Below, piece after piece: positions 56,761 to 64,000 of a stretch of DNA of 64,000 nucleotides. Location: the NCBI RefSeq assembly GCF_965657175.1, contig NZ_CBFHNH010000003.1:94155-158154 (forward strand), written 5' to 3'. Every line of letters begins with the position of its first letter. Position 1 is the first letter of the stretch. The notes below the pieces were generated by a model. That model did not search any database and was not told the origin of the DNA. It worked only from the letters and a program-made list of their open reading frames with translations. The position numbers were made by a program, and so were the translations under genes. Source of the stretch: Pseudooctadecabacter sp. Lineage in GTDB: Bacteria > Pseudomonadota > Alphaproteobacteria > Rhodobacterales > Rhodobacteraceae.

Positions 56761-58021
56761 CCAGAGCCTCCGTCATATTCACGCCGCCCACGTAAGTGGC
56801 TGTGACCTGACCTTGTAGGATTGCCCCGTCGAAGGGGGTGTTCTTGGATTTTGATTTCAGCGCGAAACGGTCCAGCCGGTGGCTGGCATCGGGATCAAAC
56901 AGCACCAGATCGGCCGGCGCGCCCGGCGTCAGGCGCCCGCAGGTCAGACCCAGCCTGTTGGCGGGGTTCAGCGACAGGGCGCGGAACAAAGTGGGCATAT
57001 CCAGATGGCCGTTGTGCACCAGCCGCAGGGCGGCGGGCAGCAGGGTCTCCAAGGCCACGGCACCGCTGGCGGCCTCCTCATAGGGCAGGCGTTTGGATTC
57101 CTCATCCTGCGGGGTGTGCATGGAGGAAATGATGTCAATCAGGCCGGAGGACACGGCCTCAACCACCGCCAAACGGTCCTCTTCGGCGCGCAGAGGCGGT
57201 TTGAGTTTGAAGAACGTGCGGTAGTCAGCCACGTCCATTTCATTCAACGTCAGGTGGTGGATGCCCACACCTGCGGTGATGTCCAACCCGTTGGCCTTCG
57301 CCCGTTCCAGCGCAGGCAAGGCGCGGGCGGTGGTGATTTGATCCACGTGGTAGGCCGCACCGGTCATTTCCAGCAGCGCCACATCACGGTCGAGCCCCAT
57401 GCGTTCGGCCATGGGCGACACGCCGGACAGCCCCCGTAGGGTGGCGAATTTGCCGGACGTCACGGCCCCGCCAGAGGACAGGCCCGGTTCTTGCACATGG
57501 CCGATGACCAGCGCGCCGCAGGATTTGGCATAGGTCAGCGCGCGGCTAAACACCTTGGTGTCGGTGATCACGCGGTCGCAATCGGTAAAGGCCACGGCAC
57601 CTGCATCCATCAAGAATCCGATTTCGGTCATCTCACGACCCGCGCGGGACTTGGTCAGGGCGGCCATGGGCAGCACGTTGACGGCGGCATCAATGCTGGC
57701 ACGACGTTCGACAAATTCCAACGTCTCAGGCGTGTCGATGGCAGGATCGGTGTCAGGGCGGGTGACAATGGTGGTAATGCCACCAGCCACAGCGGCGCGG
57801 CCTGCTGAGGCGAAGCTTTCTTTATGACGCTCACCAGGTTCGGAGACTTTGACGCCGATGTCGACAATGCCAGGGGCAAGACACTGACCATGGCAATTGA
57901 TCCGCGCGTCCGGTGTATCGCCCGGATCGCCGATCACCCCGCCGTCAATCATCAGCGAACCGATGGTATCGGTGCCGGTTTCAGGATCAATCAGGCGGGC
58001 ATTTTCAAGGAGCGTCTTCAT
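56753..58021 (-). CDS. pyrC: Dihydroorotase (PyrC-type, associated with pyrB)
   Basis: LAPGIVD, EPG, GGITT, KLKPPLR, ADLVLFDP, SKNTPF. The metal-ligand His residues look non-canonical (DIGV, SMHTP), as is common in alphaproteobacterial pyrB-linked copies. Confidence 0.85.
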   Translation of the reverse strand: MKTLLENARLIDPETGTDTIGSLMIDGGVIGDPGDTPDARINCHGQCLAPGIVDIGVKVSEPGERHKESFASAGRAAVAGGITTIVTRPDTDPAIDTPETLEFVERRASIDAAVNVLPMAALTKSRAGREMTEIGFLMDAGAVAFTDCDRVITDTKVFSRALTYAKSCGALVIGHVQEPGLSSGGAVTSGKFATLRGLSGVSPMAERMGLDRDVALLEMTGAAYHVDQITTARALPALERAKANGLDITAGVGIHHLTLNEMDVADYRTFFKLKPPLRAEEDRLAVVEAVSSGLIDIISSMHTPQDEESKRLPYEEAASGAVALETLLPAALRLVHNGHLDMPTLFRALSLNPANRLGLTCGRLTPGAPADLVLFDPDASHRLDRFALKSKSKNTPFDGAILQGQVTATYVGGVNMTEALDA

Positions 58022-58074
58022 GAGGTTCCTTTTGCACCGCATGCAGGCGGCGGTAAATGTATTTGTGCGCCTGT

Positions 58075-58623
58075 CTAGCCTGCAACCCAGATCATCAGCC
58101 AGACCAGCAGGGCCATCAACAGCAAAGCCACAGTGGCAATCCGGCCGGACATGGCCGCGTCCGACGGCTTTTTTTTCTGCGGCGGGTCTTCCAGTACAGC
58201 CTCTGGGTCGGGGTTGGGCAAAGGCTCAAACGCGATGTCAGCCTCTGGTTCACGCAAGGTGGCAACCAATATGGCCTCCCCATCGGTGTTGAGCGTCACG
58301 GGACGGTTTTTGAAGGCACCGGAGCGGATCAACAGCAGCAGACCGTCAAAATCATCCAACCCGTCAAGGGCCGCTTTGTTGGCGGCGATGTCGTCCTCAT
58401 TGACCTCATAGCCTGCGCGCAGAAAGTCGGTGACAGTCATGTCGTCGAGGCTGCGGGTCTGCAGCTGTTGCACATCACTTGCATCAATCACGTCGATGCC
58501 CAAAGCGCGGCACAGCCGGTCATAAACGCCCATGTGGCCGATTTCCATGGCCAGTTGGTAATCCGCTTTGAACACCCGCACGAGGCCATGTTCATGCATG
58601 CTTACTGTAGTGCCGTCGATCAT
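58075..58623 (-). CDS. Hypothetical protein with C-terminal TM anchor
   Basis: Start MIDGTT overlaps the upstream stop (TGATG). Ends KKKPSDAAMSGRIATVALLLMALLVWLMIWVAG. Confidence 0.72.
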   Translation of the reverse strand: MIDGTTVSMHEHGLVRVFKADYQLAMEIGHMGVYDRLCRALGIDVIDASDVQQLQTRSLDDMTVTDFLRAGYEVNEDDIAANKAALDGLDDFDGLLLLIRSGAFKNRPVTLNTDGEAILVATLREPEADIAFEPLPNPDPEAVLEDPPQKKKPSDAAMSGRIATVALLLMALLVWLMIWVAG

Positions 58624-59039
58624 CAGGGGTCCCCTTTGGCGGTCATGATGGCGCGCGCCAAGGCAGCACCATCTTCTGGGTAGAACAACTTCGGACCCTT
58701 GCCGATGTTCCCTGCCAGTTGGAGGCGCACGCCGTTGCCTTCGGCGCGCGTGTTCTCCACGTCGTCCAATGCAATCGAGTGTCCGCCTTGCTGGATGATC
58801 CGCCGGTTGGTGATCCATGCGCGGTGGCGGCCCAAACGCACCCGTTCTTGGGCGAGCAATACGGTCGTGACGAACAGGGGCACCGCGGGCCAGAATGTAT
58901 CCGGAAAGACGATCAAGAAGGCCGCGACCGGAAACAAAGTCAAAACGATCATCAACAGAGCCGTGCGTTTGAACCGACGCAAGGACGGCACGTGATCAAA
59001 GACGACCTGCTCGCCGTCTTCCAGCGGTGGGCCGCTCAT
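58623..59039 (-). CDS. Membrane protein with PH-like soluble domain, function unknown
   Basis: Two TM segments then 'WITNRRII', ATGA-coupled to pyrB. Confidence 0.65.
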   Translation of the reverse strand: MSGPPLEDGEQVVFDHVPSLRRFKRTALLMIVLTLFPVAAFLIVFPDTFWPAVPLFVTTVLLAQERVRLGRHRAWITNRRIIQQGGHSIALDDVENTRAEGNGVRLQLAGNIGKGPKLFYPEDGAALARAIMTAKGDP

Positions 59040-59998
59040 GCCATGACGCCCGCCGCTTTTGCGCCCCGTGCTGCGCGCAGGTTGCGCGCCAAAAGGTCCA
59101 TGGCCGCCATGCGCACGGCCACCCCCATTTCAACCTGTTCCTGAATGACGCTGCGGTTAATGTCGTCGGCGATCTGCCCGTCGATTTCCACGCCGCGGTT
59201 CATGGGGCCGGGGTGCATGACGATGGCATCATCCTTGGCATAGGACAGCTTTTCGGCGTCCAGCCCGTAGCGGTGGAAATATTCGCGCTCAGACGGGATG
59301 AACCCGCCGTCCATGCGTTCCTTTTGCAGGCGGAGCATCATGACAACGTCCACGTCGCGCAAACCCTCGCGCATGTCGTGGAAAACCTCGACCCCGAACT
59401 CTTCCACCCCGCTGGGCAACAACGTGGGCGGGCCGACCAGACGCACGCGGTTCTCCATCTTGCCGAGCAGCATGATATTTGACCGCGCCACGCGGCTGTG
59501 CGCCACATCGCCACAAATCGCAATCGACAGCCGGTGAAGCCGCCCCTTGGCACGGCGGATGGTCAGGGCATCCAGCAGGGCCTGCGTGGGGTGTTCATGC
59601 CGCCCGTCACCTGCGTTCAAAACAGCGCAATTTACCTTTTGCGCCAGAAGGTCGACTGCACCGGAATTGGGGTGCCGGACGACCAGCAAATCAGGACGCA
59701 TGGCGTTGAGGGTCAACGCCGTATCAATCAACGTCTCCCCCTTTTTGATGGAACTGGCCTGCATCGCCATGTTCATGACATCCGCGCCAAGGCGCTTGCC
59801 CGCGATCTCAAAACTCGCCTGTGTGCGGGTGGAGTTTTCGAAGAACATGTTGATCTGGGTCATTCCCTCCAACACGTCGCGGTGCGGGCGGCCGATGCGA
59901 TTGTGTTCGGCGTATTGGTCCGCCAAATCCAACAGGGTCGTGATTTCCGTCGGGTGAAGGTGTTCGATGCCAAGAAGGTGCGACGCGCGAAAAGACAT
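59036..59998 (-). CDS. pyrB: Aspartate carbamoyltransferase catalytic subunit
   Basis: [65 protein letters not shown]. Confidence 0.98.
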   Translation of the reverse strand: MSFRASHLLGIEHLHPTEITTLLDLADQYAEHNRIGRPHRDVLEGMTQINMFFENSTRTQASFEIAGKRLGADVMNMAMQASSIKKGETLIDTALTLNAMRPDLLVVRHPNSGAVDLLAQKVNCAVLNAGDGRHEHPTQALLDALTIRRAKGRLHRLSIAICGDVAHSRVARSNIMLLGKMENRVRLVGPPTLLPSGVEEFGVEVFHDMREGLRDVDVVMMLRLQKERMDGGFIPSEREYFHRYGLDAEKLSYAKDDAIVMHPGPMNRGVEIDGQIADDINRSVIQEQVEMGVAVRMAAMDLLARNLRAARGAKAAGVMA

Positions 59999-60023
59999 GG
60001 GGCCTCCGATCCGGGTTTTGGCG

Positions 60024-60052
60024 GTTATAGGGGTGTGCCGGGGGCGCGGCAA
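60024..60052 (-). promoter_or_regulatory. Sigma70-type promoter of the pyrB operon
   Basis: TTGCCG-N17-TATAAC. Confidence 0.65.
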
Positions 60053-60095
60053 GATCAGCGCGTGAAGTCCCCGTTCCGGCGCGCTAGGATGGGGC

Positions 60096-60875
60096 ATGGA
60101 ATCGGCTGTGGACTATTGGACATCGAAAGCGCTTCTCGACTGGCAGGTTGAGATGGGCGCGGATGAGGCCATTTGCGACACCCCCGTCGACCGTTATGCG
60201 CTTGAGGCGAAAAAGCCCGCACCCAAAGCAGCCCCCGTGGCCGACGCCCCGCCCCCCGTGCCGGAAACCATCGAAGTGGACGCCGTGCAAACCGCCCGTG
60301 AGGCCGCCGCCGCCGCGTCCGACATCGACGGGTTGCAGGCCGCCCTGTTGGCGTTTGAACATTGCGAACTCAAAGACAGTGCCCGAAGCTTTATCTTTGC
60401 CGATGGCGTGCCGGGGTCCGATGTGATGATCGTCACCGACGCGCCAAACCGGACCGACGACCGCGCAGGTCAGATCATGTCAGGGCCTTCGGGCGTTTTG
60501 TTTGACAAGATGATCGGCGCCATTGGCCTGTCCCGCGTGGGCGAAACGTCGGTCTATATCGCGCCGGTCTGCCCGTGGAACCCGCCCCAAAACCGTGACG
60601 CCAATGCAGCAGAACTCGCCATGATGGAGCCGTTTTTGAAACGTCACATCGAACTGGCCGCCCCCAAACTGGTCGTGCTGATGGGCAACGGCCCCTGTCA
60701 GGCCCTGCTAGGCCGCAGCGGCATGACACGGTTGCGCGGCACATGGGCCAATGCGGTGGACCGCCCTGCCCTGCCAATCTTTGCGCCGTCTTTCCTGATG
60801 GCCAACGGGGCGGCAAAACGGGATGCTTGGGCAGACCTCTTGGCGCTGAAAGCGCGGTTGAAAGACGTGACATGA
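60096..60875 (+). CDS. Family-4 uracil-DNA glycosylase homolog with substituted active-site motifs
   Basis: Scaffold [59 protein letters not shown] is retained. Catalytic motifs read TDAPN, IMSG, IAPV and FAPSF. Confidence 0.8.
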   Translation: MESAVDYWTSKALLDWQVEMGADEAICDTPVDRYALEAKKPAPKAAPVADAPPPVPETIEVDAVQTAREAAAAASDIDGLQAALLAFEHCELKDSARSFIFADGVPGSDVMIVTDAPNRTDDRAGQIMSGPSGVLFDKMIGAIGLSRVGETSVYIAPVCPWNPPQNRDANAAELAMMEPFLKRHIELAAPKLVVLMGNGPCQALLGRSGMTRLRGTWANAVDRPALPIFAPSFLMANGAAKRDAWADLLALKARLKDVT

Positions 60876-61411
60876 CCCTTGATATGACCCGCGATTTCAT
60901 TCCCGTGCGCATCGCCATCCTCAGCGTCAGCGACACCCGCAGCCTTGACGAAGACCGGTCCGGCCAGACGCTGGTGGACCGTCTGCAAGACGCAGGCCAC
61001 ATCCTCGCCGATCGTAAAATCCTGCGCGATGAACGCGCCCAGATCGCGGACCAATTGCGCGCATGGTGCGCGAACCCGGATGTTGACGTGATTTTGTCCA
61101 CGGGCGGCACCGGCCTCACGGGGCGCGATGTCACTGTCGAGGCGCACCGCGACGTCTATGAAAAAGAAATCGACGCCTTCGGCACGGTCTTTACCCACGT
61201 GTCCATGGCCAAAATCGGAACATCCGCGGTCCAAAGCCGCGCCACGGGTGGTGTGGCCAACGGGACGTATCTTTTCGCGCTGCCCGGCAGCACCGGTGCA
61301 TGCAAGGATGCGTGGGACGAAATCCTCGTCAAACAGCTCGACTATCGGCACCGGCCCTGCAACTTCGTCGAAATTCTTCCGCGATTGGATGAACACCGGC
61401 GACGGAAATGA
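60872..61411 (+). CDS. moaB: Molybdenum cofactor biosynthesis protein B
   Basis: IAILSVSDTR, DRSG, STGGTGLTGRDVT, SRA..G, ALPGS.GAC, RPCNF. Confidence 0.95.
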   Translation: MTLDMTRDFIPVRIAILSVSDTRSLDEDRSGQTLVDRLQDAGHILADRKILRDERAQIADQLRAWCANPDVDVILSTGGTGLTGRDVTVEAHRDVYEKEIDAFGTVFTHVSMAKIGTSAVQSRATGGVANGTYLFALPGSTGACKDAWDEILVKQLDYRHRPCNFVEILPRLDEHRRRK

Positions 61412-61447
61412 TCTGTCGGCCCGTAAGATCCGTAATACCTACGACTT

Positions 61448-61473
61448 GGAACCGCACAGGTGCGGCCTAAGTT
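61448..61473 (+). promoter_or_regulatory. Candidate ECF (EcfG-like) promoter upstream of the RND operon
   Basis: GGAAC-N18-GTT, same spacing as at 12635-12660. Confidence 0.35.
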
Positions 61474-61498
61474 ATTTGGGGATCATAGGAGAATTCGC

Positions 61499-62956
61499 AT
61501 GCAGTTTCTGAGACGGTCTCTGGTTGGTATCTTTTTGTTGGCGGTCACCTTGGCGCTGTTCGCATGGGCCGGCAACACGGTCCGGCTGGCCGTACAAGAA
61601 CGCATGAACGCCGAACCCCGCAGTTTTCCCCAACGTGAACGGGTGTTGTCGGTGAATGTCGTCGACGTCATCCCGCAGGTGATCGCCCCTGAATTGATTG
61701 TTTTTGGCGAACTGGCCAGCGCCAACACCCTCGACATCCGCGCATTGGCCGGTGGCACCGTGCTTGAGGTCTCTCCCAACTTCGTGGACGGCGGACGTGT
61801 CGCCGAAGGGGAGGTTCTGGCCCGTATTGACCCGCGTGACGCCCAATCCGCCCGTGACAGGCTCGCCGCTGATCTGCGCGATGCCGAGGCCGAATTGCGC
61901 GATGCCGACCGTGCGCTGATCCTCGCCCGTGACGAATTGGCCGCAGCCGAAGATCAGGTCGTGTTGCGGCAACAGGCCTTGACCCGCCAACAGGACCTCG
62001 CGGATCGTGGTGTGGGCACAGCTGCCGCAACGGAAACGGCGGAACTGGCCCTGTCCGGCGCGCAGCAGGCGGTGCTGGCACGGCGCCAAGCGCAAGCACA
62101 GGCGCAAGCGCGCATTGATCAGGCGGCCACGCGGTTGGACCGTGCTAAACTCAACCTCGCGGATGCGGACCGCGCTTTGACCGACACTGAAATCGTGGCA
62201 CCTTTCGCTGGCACTTTGGCGGGCGTATCCGTGGCGCGGGGTGAACGGGTCACCGCCAACGAAACCTTGGGCGAGTTGATCAAGAAAGACGATCTTGAGG
62301 TGTCGTTCCGCCTGTCCACCGCCCAATACGCGCGACTTGTGGGCGAAGACGGCACGCTGAACGCAGCCCCCGTCACTGTCGCCTTGGAAGCACAGGGCCT
62401 GACGTTGATGGCAACGGGTGAAATCACCCGCGAAAGCGCCGTTGTGGGCGAAGGCCAGACGGGCCGATTGCTCTTTGCCAAGATCGACACCACCGCAGCC
62501 CTGCGGCCCGGTGATTTCGTGACCGTCTCAGTGACCGAGCCTGAATTGCGCGGCGTGGCCCGTGTGCCGTCCACCGCTGTGGGGGCCAATGAAACCGTGC
62601 TGATGCTGGGCGACGAAAACCGTCTGGTTGAGGTTTCAGTCGATGTGTTGCGCCGCCAAGGCGACGATGTCCTCATCCGCGCGCCCGAGGCCTATGGCAA
62701 ACAGATCGTGGCCGAACGCTCCCCCCTTCTGGGGCAGGGCATCGCGGTGCAACCGATTGATCCGAATGCCGAACCAGAGGTTCCTGAACAGGTTGAAATG
62801 ATCACGCTTGAAGACGACCGTCGCGCGCGCCTGATCGCCTTTGTCGAAGAAAGCCGCATGCCGCCGCCCGTCAAAACGCGCATCATCGGGCAGTTGGAAC
62901 AAGATGAGGTCCCCTCTGACGTGGTTGCCAATATCGAAGACCGGATGGGGAGCTAG
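61499..62956 (+). CDS. RND efflux periplasmic adaptor (membrane fusion protein)
   Basis: N-terminal TM, GG.V.EVSPNFVDGGRV..GEVL.RIDP, long alpha hairpin, IVAPFAG, LRPGDFV.V. Confidence 0.92.
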   Translation: MQFLRRSLVGIFLLAVTLALFAWAGNTVRLAVQERMNAEPRSFPQRERVLSVNVVDVIPQVIAPELIVFGELASANTLDIRALAGGTVLEVSPNFVDGGRVAEGEVLARIDPRDAQSARDRLAADLRDAEAELRDADRALILARDELAAAEDQVVLRQQALTRQQDLADRGVGTAAATETAELALSGAQQAVLARRQAQAQAQARIDQAATRLDRAKLNLADADRALTDTEIVAPFAGTLAGVSVARGERVTANETLGELIKKDDLEVSFRLSTAQYARLVGEDGTLNAAPVTVALEAQGLTLMATGEITRESAVVGEGQTGRLLFAKIDTTAALRPGDFVTVSVTEPELRGVARVPSTAVGANETVLMLGDENRLVEVSVDVLRRQGDDVLIRAPEAYGKQIVAERSPLLGQGIAVQPIDPNAEPEVPEQVEMITLEDDRRARLIAFVEESRMPPPVKTRIIGQLEQDEVPSDVVANIEDRMGS

Positions 62957-62959
62957 ACC

Positions 62960-64000
62960 ATGCTCAAACCCGGCGGCATTCTGTCCTACCTCACCCGTCA
63001 TCGCACAGCGGCAAACCTGTTGATGGTGGTCCTTCTGGCCGCTGGCATCGCGGCCTACCCCAAGATGCGCGCGCAGTTCTTCCCAGATGTAATCATCGAC
63101 AATGTGACTGTGTCTGTCCAATGGTCCGGCGCAGGCGCAGAAGACGTGGACGCGGCCATCGTTCAGGTCTTGCAGCCTGCGCTTTTGGCGGTTGAGGGGG
63201 TCACGAACACGACCTCGACGTCATCCGAAGGCAGCGCGCGGATTTCGATGGAGTTTGAACCCGGCTGGGATATGGCCAAAGCCACCGAAGACGTGCAACT
63301 GGCCGTGGACGCCACATCCAACCTGCCCGACGACGCAGAAGACCCCAACGTGCGGCGCGGGCAATGGTCGGACCGAGTGACGGATGTGGTTATCACTGGC
63401 CCCGTCGCCCCCGAACAACTGGGCCGGTTTGCCGATGAATTCACCGTGCGGCTGTTCGCCCAAGGCGTCACACGCACCACCATTCGCGGCGTTGCGGCCC
63501 CGTCCACCATCATCGAAGTGCCGTCGCTGGCGCTCATTCGCTACGACGTCACCATGCAGGACATCGCCGCCGCCATCGCGGAGGAGGTCAACGCGGACCC
63601 CGCAGGCGATGTGTCAGGGGCCGCCCGCGTCCGCACCGGTGTCGAAAAACGCACCGCCGATGAGATTGAAGCCATCGCCCTGCGCACAGACGCAAGCGGC
63701 GCGACCTTGACCATTGGCGATGTGGGGCAGGTGTTCGTCGAAGGTGTCGACCGCGAACGCGCGTATTTCGTGGGCGATGATCCGGCCATCACCATCCGCG
63801 TGGATCGCGCTGCGACAGGTGACGCCATTGATGTGCAAAACACCGTGCAACAGGTGGCAGATGCCTATGACGCGACACTGCCCCAAGGGGCCAGCATTGA
63901 ACTGATCCGCGCCCGCGCTGAATTGATCACGGGCCGTTTGAATATCCTGTATGAAAACGCGGCCTTGGGATTGGCCCTCGTTGTGGCGCTGTTGTTTCTG
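62960..64000 (+). CDS. RND efflux permease (AcrB/AcrD/AcrF family), truncated by window end
   Basis: ATG 62960 reads MLKPGGILSYLTRHRTAANLLM...QFFPD...W.GAGAEDV...EGV....STS.EG, and is open to the end of the window. Confidence 0.92.
   Translation, partial: MLKPGGILSYLTRHRTAANLLMVVLLAAGIAAYPKMRAQFFPDVIIDNVTVSVQWSGAGAEDVDAAIVQVLQPALLAVEGVTNTTSTSSEGSARISMEFEPGWDMAKATEDVQLAVDATSNLPDDAEDPNVRRGQWSDRVTDVVITGPVAPEQLGRFADEFTVRLFAQGVTRTTIRGVAAPSTIIEVPSLALIRYDVTMQDIAAAIAEEVNADPAGDVSGAARVRTGVEKRTADEIEAIALRTDASGATLTIGDVGQVFVEGVDRERAYFVGDDPAITIRVDRAATGDAIDVQNTVQQVADAYDATLPQGASIELIRARAELITGRLNILYENAALGLALVVALLFL

Overview
Housekeeping-rich chromosomal segment of a GC-rich (roughly 60% by eye) alphaproteobacterium. 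Gene content and order (pheA, nudC, ffs, dnaX-ybaB-recR, COQ9/rpsU, mscL, pheS/pheT, rpmI-rplT, pyk, dgcN-dgcA-dat, mcl, accA, ftsEX, lysA, argH, ubiA/rsmE, gshA, pyrBC-plsY, moaB, RND pump) point to Rhodobacteraceae, probably the Roseobacter group. I see no rRNA, tRNA, CRISPR array, transposase, integrase or prophage gene. The best candidate for an undescribed system splits pheS from pheT: a Tat-signal, Ser-rich (SSx)n peptide with a C-terminal Cys pair, encoded directly upstream of an HPr-kinase-like protein fused to a PqqD/RRE-like domain and preceded by a CtrA-like box. It looks like a minimal RiPP-like module making an exported poly-phosphoserine peptide (inference). Other notable items: two tandem paralogous 21/24-aa membrane microproteins behind an EcfG-type promoter that the ORF track does not call at their real starts; a family-4 uracil-DNA glycosylase with its active-site motifs replaced; a six-copy REP/MITE-like repeat family with a perfect 22-bp palindrome; a cassette-like MarR-GNAT gene with its own operator; a probable CTG-initiated gene; and several apparently leaderless genes. 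All family assignments come from motif recognition by eye, not from database searches.
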